Counted from the first letter of the stretch, positions 17,951 through 28,153 are shown. The stretch: DNA of 64,000 nucleotides from Clostridium tanneri (GCF_033659955.1 NZ_JARUJP010000006.1:138434-202433); one strand, 5' to 3'. The notes: a model not told the origin generated them from the sequence alone. Numbers and translations are program-made.

Positions 17951-19129
17951 TTAATCAAACTTAAAATCCTTTAGTTTGTCTTTGAATAAATCTCCAAGAG
18001 TCACCCCTGAAGCTGTATCAACATATTTTTTAATGTCTTCCTTTGGCTTTTCCACAGCTTCCTTTATACTTAAGCTTATTTTCTTTTCTTTCTCATCTAT
18101 ATTTAGTATCTTAACTTTTACCTTTTGTCCTAAAGTTAACACATCACTTGCCTTAGTAATTCTTTCTTCGGATATCTCTGAAAGATGAACTAATCCTTCA
18201 ACTCCTAGCCCTATCTCAACAAAAGCACCAAAGTTTAAAAATTTAGTGACTGTTCCCTCAATTACATCTCCAATCTTAAAGTTTTTTATGATATTGTTCC
18301 AAGGATCTTCACTTAGATCTTTTAAAGCTAAGGATATTCTATTTTTTTCTTTATCTGCTTCCAACACATACACTTCTACCTGTTGACCAACAGAGACCAC
18401 TTCTGAAGGGTCTTTAACTCTCTTCCATGAAAGCTCTGATATATGAATTAGACCATCTATTCCTCCCAAGTCAACAAAGGCACCAAACTTGGCAAGTCTG
18501 CTTACCTTACCTATTCTTTTTTCCCCTGGTTTAATTTCCTCCCATAGCTTTTCTTTCTTACTTTCACGCTCCTTTAGCTCTACCTCTTTTCTAGATAGCA
18601 CTAATCTTTGTTTATCTCTATCAAGTTCAATCACCTTTACTTCCAGAGTTTTGCCTACAAATTCATTTAAATCCTTTACAAAGGATGCTGATAGTTGAGA
18701 TGCTGGAATAAAAGCTCTAACCCCCTTTACGTTGGCTACTACTCCTCCTTTTACTACTTCCTTAACTACTACATCAAAAGTATTGTTTGCAGTAAATAAC
18801 TCCTGTAACTGCTCCCAGACCTTTTCTCTATCTGCTGTCTTTTTAGACACAACAACATTGCCCTCTCCATCGTTCATATCTAATATGTAAACATAAATCT
18901 CATCATTTTCTTTTAATAATTCATTAAGGTTTACCTCTGTATCTTCAGTAACTTCACTTTTTGGCAAAACTCCATCTGACATATATCCTAAATTAATAAT
19001 TGCCCCATTATTTGTAACAGAGATTACTTTCCCCTTTACTATTTCTCCCCTTTTAACAGTTTTCATTGAGGATTCAATCTCATTCATAGCCTCATTCATT
19101 GAACTTACTTCGTTATTATCAAATGACAT
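17951..19129 (-). CDS. rpsA: 30S ribosomal protein S1 homolog (four S1 domains)
   Basis: 392 aa with repeated S1 RNA-binding domains (GxV, KEGD..V.V). Confidence 0.8.
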   Translation of the reverse strand: MSFDNNEVSSMNEAMNEIESSMKTVKRGEIVKGKVISVTNNGAIINLGYMSDGVLPKSEVTEDTEVNLNELLKENDEIYVYILDMNDGEGNVVVSKKTADREKVWEQLQELFTANNTFDVVVKEVVKGGVVANVKGVRAFIPASQLSASFVKDLNEFVGKTLEVKVIELDRDKQRLVLSRKEVELKERESKKEKLWEEIKPGEKRIGKVSRLAKFGAFVDLGGIDGLIHISELSWKRVKDPSEVVSVGQQVEVYVLEADKEKNRISLALKDLSEDPWNNIIKNFKIGDVIEGTVTKFLNFGAFVEIGLGVEGLVHLSEISEERITKASDVLTLGQKVKVKILNIDEKEKKISLSIKEAVEKPKEDIKKYVDTASGVTLGDLFKDKLKDFKFD

Positions 19130-19518
19130 ATAACCAGCTCCTTTTATATTGATATATATTAAGATTTACTTTAATTACAATTTTATTCTATCACAAACCT
19201 AATGGAACATTCTACCACTAAGTACGCCTAATACCAAAGATAGTTGTGAAAGGGGATTTTTTAAGAAAAATTCGTTGAAAATTTGAAGATATATAGGTCT
19301 CTATCTTCATTAAACTTCAAAATAAATATTGTAAAATTAATTACTTTAGATATGATTAAAGTAATAGTTTATATGTTCTTAATTATTAGGTTGGTAAAAA
19401 TTTATTCCTTAACAAAAATTTTAAAACTTTTCATTTATTTTTTGAAGCATAAGACGCTTATAATGCGTCTAATATGCTGAAAGGGGGAAATATCTTAACA
19501 TAAGATATTATTGCGTAT

Positions 19519-20034
19519 ATGGATAAAGAGATTGAGAAACTAATTGACGAATATGGGAATGATGTACTCAGAATTGCCTATATATACTTGAAGGACAAGC
19601 ATCTTGCAGAAGATGCATTCCAAGAAGTGTTTGTGAAGGTCTATAAGAACCTTAATAAATTTCAAGGAAATAGCAGTGTAAAAACTTGGATTTTATCTAT
19701 TACTATGAATACTTGTAAAGATATATTAAGAAGTTCTTGGTTAAAAAGAATAGTATTCAACCAAGATCAAAAACTTTTCAATTGTGATACCAATATTTTG
19801 GACAATCCCGATGAAGAAGTTATTAAACAATTCGAATATAATGAATTACTAAAGGAAGTTATGAAACTTCCTAAAAAATATAAGGAAGTAGTTATTCTTT
19901 TTTATTATGAAGAAGTTTCAACTGCTGAAATAAGTAAAATACTATGTATACCTGAGGGAACAGTAAGGAGTCAGTTATTTAGGGCTAGAGAAATTTTAAA
20001 ATATAATTTAGATGGGAAGATAAGCTATGAGTAA
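19519..20034 (+). CDS. ECF (sigma-70 family) RNA polymerase sigma factor
   Basis: 171 aa with region 2 (AEDAFQEVFVKVYKN) and region 4 (EVSTAEISKILCIPEGTVRSQLFRAR). Confidence 0.85.
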   Translation: MDKEIEKLIDEYGNDVLRIAYIYLKDKHLAEDAFQEVFVKVYKNLNKFQGNSSVKTWILSITMNTCKDILRSSWLKRIVFNQDQKLFNCDTNILDNPDEEVIKQFEYNELLKEVMKLPKKYKEVVILFYYEEVSTAEISKILCIPEGTVRSQLFRAREILKYNLDGKISYE

Positions 20035-21043
20035 AGATATTAATAATTTGAGAGAAATTACGGATTCTGTTCTTAAGGATATTAAAGTTACTGATGAACT
20101 AAAATCATTAACTTTAAAAAAGTGCAAAGAAAAAAAAGAACATAGTACTAAACCAATTTTTATAACTGCTGCATCAGCAGCTATTATAGCATTTTCAATT
20201 TTCAACTATAAATTTATATTACATAACCCTAAACTAAATAATAATGTTAGTAAAGAATTACCTAATAAATCAATTAGTCTTAATAATATTGATAATGATA
20301 CTTTTCCAAAGGAAAGTAAGACAAATGATCAAGATACTTTAAAAAGCGATCTTACAAAGGGTGAAATTCAATCAAAAGACAAAAGTCAACAGAATGACTA
20401 TGATACCATTATTAAAAATAACCAAAGGGAAGAAAAAGTTATTTCCTCTAATAATGATAATAACCTAACTGACTCAAGCAAAAATGAAAGCTTAACCAGA
20501 GTACCAGAAACAGAGGCTTCCAGAACCTTGCCACAACATAATACAACAAATAGTATACCAGAAAAATCATCATTGGACTTTAATATAGATGAAACAAATG
20601 ATATTCCTCAAAGTAGCCTTTTAAACATGGATACGCCTTCTATGAAAGTTGCATTAGACTCTCCTAATCCTATAAGTGTTGCTGATGCCGAAAACTTTTG
20701 GGGAGATAAAATTCTCATGCCTTCTTATTTACCAAATGGCTTCCAGCTTACAGATGTATCAATACCAAAAGATAACTCTAAGGAAGTATATGTAAAATTG
20801 AACTATAGTTTTGAAAATACTTACTTTAGAATAGTACAAAATAAAAGCACTACTTATATAAATTATGTTGGTGAGAGTATCGACTTTAATGGTTCAAAGG
20901 CATATGTTTCTAAGACTAAGGATACAGCTAACCCAAACATACTAATAACGGAAATCAAATGGATAAATAACAATATAGAATATACAATCACAGGAAACTT
21001 ATCCGAAAGTGAGTTAACCAAAATATTAAAATCCATTGGTTAA
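20027..21043 (+). CDS. putative anti-sigma factor (single TM helix, extracytoplasmic C-terminal domain)
   Basis: Overlaps the sigma gene by 8 nt. It has a TM helix (PIFITAASAAIIAFSIF), a low-complexity linker and a DUF4367-like C-terminal domain. Confidence 0.55.
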   Translation: MSKDINNLREITDSVLKDIKVTDELKSLTLKKCKEKKEHSTKPIFITAASAAIIAFSIFNYKFILHNPKLNNNVSKELPNKSISLNNIDNDTFPKESKTNDQDTLKSDLTKGEIQSKDKSQQNDYDTIIKNNQREEKVISSNNDNNLTDSSKNESLTRVPETEASRTLPQHNTTNSIPEKSSLDFNIDETNDIPQSSLLNMDTPSMKVALDSPNPISVADAENFWGDKILMPSYLPNGFQLTDVSIPKDNSKEVYVKLNYSFENTYFRIVQNKSTTYINYVGESIDFNGSKAYVSKTKDTANPNILITEIKWINNNIEYTITGNLSESELTKILKSIG

Positions 21044-21102
21044 CTCAATCAAATTAAGTTTTTTCTAAATTTGCGATTATTGTTATCTGTAAGTTAAACC
21101 TA

Positions 21103-21606
21103 TTATACAGCCCTTCTTAATGCTGTATTTACTACATTAGATAATATAAGTGAGGCTACAGTATTTATCAAAGATGCCGGTAAAACCACAGATAAAAATA
21201 GTATAGTGAATTTAGTCGGTAGGCCTACCATAAGAGAAGCTGCTGTTAAAAACACTGTGCCGCTTACTATAGTTCCTACTATTGTAACTAAAACAATTTT
21301 TAATTGATGGTTTATATTATTTCTCATAGGTTTTAAGAATAAAAATATTACATTTGCTGTTATAATCTTGTCTATAAAATTTGCTATTTGTCCCCCAGGA
21401 AAAGTAGTTGTTGCTGCTGATAGTATTCCTGCTACAATTCCTGCACTTATACAAGTTTTATAATCCTTATTTAGAATCATTATTATAAATAACATTACCA
21501 AAGAAAAATCCGGCTTCATACCTAATACTATTGGAGGGGAAATTTGATGCAATACAGCACCTATAGCTAAAAACAGTGAGTTTAAGATAAGGTTTTTTAC
21601 ATTCAT
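21103..21606 (-). CDS. trpP: TrpP-family tryptophan transporter (ECF S-component-like)
   Basis: About 167-aa membrane protein, likely starting at MNVKNL. A T-box leader with terminator is directly upstream. Confidence 0.6.
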   Translation of the reverse strand: MNVKNLILNSLFLAIGAVLHQISPPIVLGMKPDFSLVMLFIIMILNKDYKTCISAGIVAGILSAATTTFPGGQIANFIDKIITANVIFLFLKPMRNNINHQLKIVLVTIVGTIVSGTVFLTAASLMVGLPTKFTILFLSVVLPASLINTVASLILSNVVNTALRRAV

Positions 21607-21619
21607 GAAATACATCTCC

Positions 21620-21997
21620 TTTTCAAATAATAATCAAATGATAATAGATGAATATATAAACTCTTTCACAACATAGCAACTCCTCCTGAAATATTTATTT
21701 AAAATAAAAAACTCCGTCCTAATAAATAGGACGGAGATATCCGCGGTACCACCTAAATTGTGTTTAAAATAAACACCTCTTAATTTCAGGCACTAACATG
21801 CCTCATCCACTATAACGTGTGGCTTACGGTAATTGACTACTCTTTAAAAACTCTAAATTTCGATTTACTCCTCAAAGGCCCATTCACTGGTAACTATCGT
21901 ATTGAGATCACACCATCCTCAACTCTCTGTAACTAAGTAATACAGCTACTCTTCCTCATCAAAGGATTAATTAATATTAAACTGTATTTATATACTA
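21620..21997 (-). promoter_or_regulatory. T-box riboswitch leader (probably Trp-specific) with promoter
   Basis: Minus strand: TTGACA-17-TGgTAGTAT promoter (22020..21992). The conserved T-box sequence AATTTAGGTGGTACCGCGG is at 21758..21740. A terminator follows, with candidate UGG specifier positions (GAAUGGG, GAUGGU). Confidence 0.7.
21701..21735 (-). terminator. T-box leader terminator
   Basis: Minus strand: CTCCGTCCT atttat AGGACGGAG followed by TTTTTTATTTT. The 5' arm overlaps the region that would pair with the T-box sequence in an antiterminator. Confidence 0.7.
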
Positions 21998-22063
21998 CCA
22001 GTTTAATAGAGCATTGTCAACGATAGTTTTCCCAATAGTCCAAAAAATTATTATATTACAAAT

Positions 22064-22786
22064 TCACTTACAAGTATTTGCTATAGCCTTACAGAGAATA
22101 TTTGTGAACTTTTCCCCTATCTTTGGCAGCTCCTCTTTTTTATCAGATATCCTTAGCATAAGAGGTAATTCAATATGATAGCTCACCCATCTCTTATCAG
22201 TTATGGTGGACGATTTAGTTGCTTTGAAATATATATTATCAAAATCTGAATTTATTCTTAGCTTTTTTAATTCTGCTAAATCTCCGTCACTATCATTTTT
22301 TAAGCATTCGTTATTTATTAATCTTTGAATTTCCTTTCTAAGATTATGTGCATAGATTTCTTCTTCCTTACTTCCACAGGATATTTCTATATCATACTCA
22401 CCAGCATTAAAGGGTCCATGTCCATGTATTTCGACTAAATATCTAGGCCTGCACCTCTGAAGTGCCAAATAATAATCGCTATAGTTATAATCATGATTTT
22501 TATTTGGATCTATAAAATAATTACAAGCGCATAAGAAAGAACAGTTTAGCATTTCCGCAATGTAATTACCAATATATCCTGTATTTTCATCTCCATATTT
22601 ATGACTTTCACAAGGCATTTTGTAAGTTCCAGATGGAGTATGATGTGGAACTCCTATTGCAAGACTATTGTTTTCTTTTATATCTGCAGTAAATATACTA
22701 ACATCATTTAATTTTAATATATCTGAATGCAAAAAATCACCTCTCAATCTTTTTTTAGTTACAAGTGCGAGTTGAATTTTAGACAT
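22064..22786 (-). CDS. hypothetical protein, possibly N-formylglutamate amidohydrolase-like (FGase family)
   Basis: 240 aa; AIGVPHHTPSG and EIHGHG motifs suggest a metal-dependent amidohydrolase fold. The assignment is weak. Confidence 0.35.
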   Translation of the reverse strand: MSKIQLALVTKKRLRGDFLHSDILKLNDVSIFTADIKENNSLAIGVPHHTPSGTYKMPCESHKYGDENTGYIGNYIAEMLNCSFLCACNYFIDPNKNHDYNYSDYYLALQRCRPRYLVEIHGHGPFNAGEYDIEISCGSKEEEIYAHNLRKEIQRLINNECLKNDSDGDLAELKKLRINSDFDNIYFKATKSSTITDKRWVSYHIELPLMLRISDKKEELPKIGEKFTNILCKAIANTCK

Positions 22787-22912
22787 TTAGATAACATTAT
22801 TTTGTCCTATTCTTTTATAATTTACTTTAAACAATAATGGAATATTAGCCACTGATTATAAAGAATAAAACTGTTCCAGTAGGAAAAAATAATTTTGAAA
22901 GGGGAGTTGTAA

Positions 22913-23038
22913 ATGGTTAAGAAAAAAATTGAGGTTCTTACAAAAAAAGATAGAGTTCACAATCCTGCAGTTAAAGATGCAGAGAGAAGAATAAATAAGG
23001 AAATCCCCGGAATGTCTGGAAAGTATTCTGGAAGATAA
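22913..23038 (+). CDS. small basic protein (41 aa), unannotated
   Basis: SD GAAAGGGGAGTTGTAA-ATG, encoding MVKKKIEVLTKKDRVHNPAVKDAERRINKEIPGMSGKYSGR*. It is antisense to the 81-aa track ORF at 22957-23202, which is judged spurious. Confidence 0.3.
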   Translation: MVKKKIEVLTKKDRVHNPAVKDAERRINKEIPGMSGKYSGR

Positions 23039-23070
23039 TACAAGAAGAAAAATAAAGGTGGGATAAATTT

Positions 23071-23241
23071 ATGGCAAACAAAAAGTCTGATCCAACAACA
23101 GATGCAAAAATGAAGTCTATGGATGCTGAAGATAACGCCAGTAGAGAAGCAGATAATGGATATATGCAGCGTGGAAACCCTGCAGGTATTGCTCAAAAAC
23201 AAAGAGTTTTAGCTAATAACGATAACGGCTCTCATATGTAG
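23071..23241 (+). CDS. small hydrophilic protein (56 aa), possibly spore-associated, unannotated
   Basis: SD AAAGGTGGGATAAATTT-ATG, encoding MANKKSDPTTDAKMKSMDAEDNASREADNGYMQRGNPAGIAQKQRVLANNDNGSHM*. A perfect 18-bp-stem terminator follows. Confidence 0.35.
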   Translation: MANKKSDPTTDAKMKSMDAEDNASREADNGYMQRGNPAGIAQKQRVLANNDNGSHM

Positions 23242-23258
23242 ACATATTTAATTTCACT

Positions 23259-23303
23259 AAGTTTGTTCCAGAAAAGATTTTACACCTTTTCTGGAACAAA
23301 CTT
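23259..23303. terminator. bidirectional intrinsic terminator (perfect 18-bp stem)
   Basis: AAGTTTGTTCCAGAAAAG attttacac CTTTTCTGGAACAAACTT. Confidence 0.6.
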
Positions 23304-23395
23304 AAATTAAAATCCATGAATATTCCTTAAAGTAAGTGGAACAAATTATGTTAGATATAATCATTAGACTAACGTAATATAGCCTAAGCTGATTT

Positions 23396-23809
23396 TTAAT
23401 CTTTTTTAGCAAATAAATTCTTATACCAATAGTTGATTATATCACTTCTTTTGATTATCCCAATAAATATTTCGTTATCGTCTACTACTGGAACGAAATT
23501 TTGGTTAATAGATAAGGTTATTAAGTCTTCAATATCAGAATTAATATAGACTGGCTTGTTATTCACCCTTCTCTCTATATCTTTTATAAAAACCTTACTT
23601 GTATCGTCAAAAGTTAGCCCAGAGGTATTCTTTAATTTCCAAAGCAAATCTCCCTCTGTCAAAGTTCCAACATATTTTCCTTTTTCATCGATAAGAGGTA
23701 TAGCAGTATATCTATGATACTCCATCCTCTCCAATGCTTGTCTCATTGTTGAATTTAAACTCGCATATATTACATCATTTTTTGGTGTAAGAAAAAAAGC
23801 TATATTCAT
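23396..23809 (-). CDS. CBS-domain pair protein
   Basis: Start at MNIAFF after SD GGAGAAAGGG. Tandem CBS motifs are present. Confidence 0.75.
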   Translation of the reverse strand: MNIAFFLTPKNDVIYASLNSTMRQALERMEYHRYTAIPLIDEKGKYVGTLTEGDLLWKLKNTSGLTFDDTSKVFIKDIERRVNNKPVYINSDIEDLITLSINQNFVPVVDDNEIFIGIIKRSDIINYWYKNLFAKKD

Positions 23810-23984
23810 ATTATCCCTTTCTCCTAACATACTTTTCTTTAAAAACCTTATAGGTATTCTTTGTTTTTACAATAAGTTTTTATACTTTATATTCTACTCT
23901 TTAAATATAATTATAATGCTAAATATTTAATCAGTCAAAAAACCTGCTGATATTTAAATTTTATAACAGCAGGTTTTTGTCTTA

Positions 23985-25061
23985 CTATTCTACTATAATT
24001 AATTCTTTGTCATACTTATTAAGTATTTCGCATCCGTCCTCAGTTACTAAAACTAAATCCTCTATTCTAACTCCAACTTCACCTGGTAAGTATATACCTG
24101 GTTCTACAGAGAATATCATACCTGGCTGTACTCTATCAGTATTTACTGAAGAAACATCACCAAAGTCATGAGTTTCAATACCTATTGAGTGTCCTGTTCT
24201 ATGAGTAAAGAACTTTCCATATCCATGAGCTGATATATGATCTCTTGCTGCAGCATCTATATCACAGAATCTTACTCCTGGTTTAACTATATCAATAGCT
24301 CTTCTATTAGCTTCTAGTACTATATTGTATATTTCTTTACCTTTATCTGAAGCGTATTTATAGAATACAGTTCTTGTCATATCTGAACAATAAGAATCCT
24401 TTACGCAACCTATATCTACTATTACACTATCTCCTTCTTTTACTACGGAGTTATCGCATCCATGATGTGGGTCTGCAGCATTTGCTCCATAAGCTATAAT
24501 TGGGTCAAAGGAATAACCTTCTGCACCTAACTCTTCATATATGCTTAATAATAACTGTCCCATCTTCTTTTCAGAATGTTTTTCTGGTATTAGCTTTATC
24601 ATTCTGTCTACAGCTAAATCATTTATTCTTGAAGCCTCTCTCATCAAATCTCTCTCTGCAGCATCTTTACACATTCTAACTCTGTCTAATATTGCTGAAC
24701 CATTAATAAAAGTGCTTCCTCCTTTTAGCTCCATAAGTCTTAGTAAGAAACGAGCTGGCCAGTTTTTATCAACTCCCATTGGTTTATCCTTTTCTACATA
24801 TCGGGAAACGATTTCAACTGCATCCTGAGTGTCATTAAACCAAACCTTTTCAACTCCTAAGTCTTCAGTAACAGGGAATAATTCATTTATAAATAATTTA
24901 TTATTACCATTTAAATTTATGTATAGTGCAAGCATTCTTTCACCAGGATGAATCCATTTTCCAGTTAGATAGAATATAGCTGCTGGATCAGAAACCAACA
25001 TTTGAGGTGTATTTGCAGCTTCCATTTCTTTTAACACTTTATTAAGTCTTTCCATATTCAT
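23985..25061 (-). CDS. M24-family Xaa-Pro aminopeptidase/dipeptidase
   Basis: Creatinase N-terminal domain plus a pita-bread catalytic domain with metal ligands (DIGC..D.TRT, HRTGHSIG, EPGIY). Confidence 0.85.
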   Translation of the reverse strand: MNMERLNKVLKEMEAANTPQMLVSDPAAIFYLTGKWIHPGERMLALYINLNGNNKLFINELFPVTEDLGVEKVWFNDTQDAVEIVSRYVEKDKPMGVDKNWPARFLLRLMELKGGSTFINGSAILDRVRMCKDAAERDLMREASRINDLAVDRMIKLIPEKHSEKKMGQLLLSIYEELGAEGYSFDPIIAYGANAADPHHGCDNSVVKEGDSVIVDIGCVKDSYCSDMTRTVFYKYASDKGKEIYNIVLEANRRAIDIVKPGVRFCDIDAAARDHISAHGYGKFFTHRTGHSIGIETHDFGDVSSVNTDRVQPGMIFSVEPGIYLPGEVGVRIEDLVLVTEDGCEILNKYDKELIIVE

Positions 25062-25361
25062 AGTTTAGCTCCTCCTTTATTATGCTTAAGTCTTTGTTAA
25101 CTCTTATTAAGTAAGAATTACTAGATTAAGTCTTGGAAAAATATTTTTGTTGCTTAATTAAATATTTTTAAGTGATTCCTTATTTATATAATATAAAAAG
25201 TTTCTAAATTTCGCAAGTTCAAATCTTAAAATTAGCAAAATTAATTTTAATTTTCAGCATATAAATAATATCTTTATGACATAAATTATTCATTTTCTTA
25301 AAAATATGATTAAGTAAAAACTAACTTATAATTTCTACTTAATCATACTTTTTTATACTTT

Positions 25362-26789
25362 TTATTGTGAAATTCTTTTACTTTCCACTCTATCTTTAAA
25401 CCCTGTTTTCTTAACGAAGCTGCTCCAGATTCTCAGCCCTAGTCCTACAACTACAACAGCTCCACCTACCATTTCTATCTCATATAGTAGATTTTCCTTA
25501 AAAGTATTCATAACAGGCGCTGCTGATAACACTATTCCTAGCACAGTAACTATTAGCACTAAGTATGCTAACCCAATAGCATTCTTGTTGTATTTTGACA
25601 TTTCATAGGGTCTAATCTCACCTAACCTAGTCTTTCTCAATTTTATGTAGGCAGCAAATAAAAGAACATATGGAAACAATGCTGTTAAAGCAGTCATTGT
25701 AAGAAGTACGTTATATATAGCATCAACAGATGGCAGCAAATTAGTGCCAAGTAATATAATACTTACTATTACCGCCTGAAGTATAACAGCATTAACAGGT
25801 ATATTCCTGTCATTAACCTTTGTTAATCTTTCTGAAAATATACCTTTCTGCACACTTCCAAATAACATTTTTATAGGGGACGCTATATAAATTATTATAG
25901 TACCTATTACTGAGAGTGCTATTCCAAAGGCTACAATACGTATAAACCATGGACCTATTCCTAAATCTCCTGCAACTGCTGAAAGAGCCTCTAATATTCC
26001 CTGTGATGCAGTAATCTTATCGGATGGAAGTACCATAGTAATGGCTATTGATCCTAAAACATAAAGTCCTCCAACTAATGCTGCAGCTATTATAGTCGCT
26101 CTTGGAAAAGTCTTTTTAACATCTTCAACTTCTGTTACGAAATTTGCAGAAATTTCAGCACCAGCAAGTGCAAACATTATAGAGGAAATTGAAGCAAAGG
26201 AATCTGCGCTTAACTTAGGAGTTAAGGTAGCCATTGTATAGGTTGATGCTGGTCTATTCCCAAATATAAACACCGAAATAAAGGCCATACTTATTAAAAG
26301 TATCGCCGGCACTGTAGAACCCAAAGCTCCAGCACTTGTAAAAACTTTTCCTAAGGCCATTCCTCTAGTGCTTATTAGAGATAATATCCAAAAAAGAACT
26401 AGTGATGCTATCAGTACAAATAGTTTGCTGGTAGCAAGTTCTGGTCTTCCTAATATATAGGAAATATTAACAGTTAAAAAAGTTAGAAAAGACGAATACC
26501 AAAATATCTTGGCAGTCCAATTTAGCCAAGATACCATAAATCCCCACTTTTCACCATAAGCTTCTTTTACCCATTCATAGAGACCACCATCCCTAGGGTA
26601 TGTAGCCGCTAATTCTGCACATATTAAGGCACTAGGTACAAAAAAGATAAAGGCGAAAACAATCCATATTGGTATAGCCCCAAGCCCTAATCCGAAGCTG
26701 GAGGCAGTAGATTTTGCAATCCACCTAATTCCGAATAATGCCGATACATTCATGAAGACTAAATCCCATAAACCAATTTTTCTTTTCAT
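25362..26789 (-). CDS. APC-family amino acid permease
   Basis: 475 aa, about 12 TM helices, APC-type signature. Confidence 0.85.
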   Translation of the reverse strand: MKRKIGLWDLVFMNVSALFGIRWIAKSTASSFGLGLGAIPIWIVFAFIFFVPSALICAELAATYPRDGGLYEWVKEAYGEKWGFMVSWLNWTAKIFWYSSFLTFLTVNISYILGRPELATSKLFVLIASLVLFWILSLISTRGMALGKVFTSAGALGSTVPAILLISMAFISVFIFGNRPASTYTMATLTPKLSADSFASISSIMFALAGAEISANFVTEVEDVKKTFPRATIIAAALVGGLYVLGSIAITMVLPSDKITASQGILEALSAVAGDLGIGPWFIRIVAFGIALSVIGTIIIYIASPIKMLFGSVQKGIFSERLTKVNDRNIPVNAVILQAVIVSIILLGTNLLPSVDAIYNVLLTMTALTALFPYVLLFAAYIKLRKTRLGEIRPYEMSKYNKNAIGLAYLVLIVTVLGIVLSAAPVMNTFKENLLYEIEMVGGAVVVVGLGLRIWSSFVKKTGFKDRVESKRISQ

Positions 26790-26886
26790 TTCTACACCTC
26801 TTTGAATTTGATTTAGTTGATGCAGTAATAAATTTTATCATAATAGCTAGCACATGTACACATAGAATAAAATACCAAATATAAAC

Positions 26887-26925
26887 AAAAACCACCTTAT
26901 CTTTTTCAGAATAAGGTAGTTTTTG
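26887..26925. terminator. bidirectional terminator
   Basis: ACCTTAT ctttttcaga ATAAGGT flanked by A- and T-runs. Confidence 0.45.
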
Positions 26926-26943
26926 AAAGTTCAACTATAAATT

Positions 26944-27171
26944 TTAATCAATTTCTGGTTCATCTTTTTTACGATCCACTTGATCACCTTTGAGTAAGTT
27001 TTCTACATGTGTTCCGATTTCATGGCCTTTTCTATAGGATGAAAGTTTTTCCATAGGCACCTCATCCTTATGAATATCCTTGCCTAAAAGGCTGTCAATT
27101 ACTCCTTTTTTAGCTATTGGAACATCACCTACATGAATATCTTTTATATCATCTAATTCAAATCTATCCAT
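26944..27171 (-). CDS. hypothetical small protein (75 aa)
   Basis: Strong SD AAGGGGGC, and an acidic/basic soluble protein. Confidence 0.45.
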   Translation of the reverse strand: MDRFELDDIKDIHVGDVPIAKKGVIDSLLGKDIHKDEVPMEKLSSYRKGHEIGTHVENLLKGDQVDRKKDEPEID

Positions 27172-27284
27172 ATTTAAAAAGCCCCCTTATCTGTTTTTTC
27201 ATTTATAGGTTATCCATGTAGATAAAAATAATGTATTTATAAATAAGATTGTTTTAAAGAATTTTCTAAAGATAATCTTCGTAA

Positions 27285-27473
27285 CTAGCTTTTTGAACAA
27301 TCATATTGAGCTTTTAATAGCTTTATAAGCATATCCTCTAAATTGTCCTTTTCTTTCTCGTTAAATTTGCCTTCATTCTCATCCATAAAAAGCAATCCAT
27401 ACTTTAATCCTTCTGTAATTTTCTTAATTTCATCTAAAGTTAAAATCATTAAAATATTTTCTTGCATTTCCAT
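27285..27473 (-). CDS. hypothetical small protein (60-62 aa)
   Basis: SD GGGGGGATGG. The start is probably the second ATG (MQENILMIL..., 27467). Confidence 0.4.
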   Translation of the reverse strand: MEMQENILMILTLDEIKKITEGLKYGLLFMDENEGKFNEKEKDNLEDMLIKLLKAQYDCSKS

Positions 27474-27757
27474 CCCCCCATATTTCTGTTGTGATATTGT
27501 TAAATCATATAATCCCCACAGATTCTAACCATTTGTTATAATAATTCAAGAAAATTTCAATATAAAAAAATAGAAAAGCCAGTTTCTCACACAGTCTTTT
27601 TCATAATGCTAAATATTCTGAAAAATGTTTTTTTACTAAAGTAAAGTGTCTATAATTACCTTACCTTAGTAATAAATTCTACTTAAATATTCCATTATTA
27701 AATCCCTAGATACTTATTTACTATTATATAAAATCCTTATCAGATAATTTACCTTAA

Positions 27758-28153
27758 TTAAAAGTTTGCTATAAAATCATAATATTCTTCAAGCATATAT
27801 TCTGTGTATACTTTTTTTCCCATAAGTCTAAATACTATATCGGATTTTTTATAACCTTCTTTATATAGTTTATAATCCTTAAAAAGCTTCTTTAACATTC
27901 CTTTATTTATTTGAAGCAAGAGCACAAGTTCATCTATACTGTAATATTCCTTGTATAATAACTGCTCTAAGCTTTTCTGCATCTGCAACTTATATTCTAA
28001 GTCTAATCTCCTATTCTTGTGAGGGCCTTCTTTTCCTCTATGATGTTCAGAACAGAGATATCTAAAATTCAATGGAAAATCCACGCCTCCTTGGCTTCTG
28101 TATACTATATGATGTTTATCCGCTTGTCTACCACAGATTTCGCACCTTAGCAA
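27758..28153 (-). CDS. HNH endonuclease family protein (YisB-like)
   Basis: TTG start after AGGAGGGG. CEICGR...HHIVYRSQGG...CSEHH zinc-finger HNH motif. Confidence 0.7.
   Translation of the reverse strand: MLRCEICGRQADKHHIVYRSQGGVDFPLNFRYLCSEHHRGKEGPHKNRRLDLEYKLQMQKSLEQLLYKEYYSIDELVLLLQINKGMLKKLFKDYKLYKEGYKKSDIVFRLMGKKVYTEYMLEEYYDFIANF

Noticed and set aside
19283-19480. 65-aa ORF and GCATAAGACGC..GCGTCT..TATGC hairpin upstream of the ECF sigma gene
   Set aside because: The ORF is low-complexity. The hairpin has no U-tract on either strand, so it is not called a terminator. It may be an operator but the evidence is insufficient.
22957-23202. 81-aa minus-strand ORF
   Set aside because: Cys/Phe-rich with no SD. 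It overlaps two plus-strand micro-ORFs that have strong SDs and a terminator.
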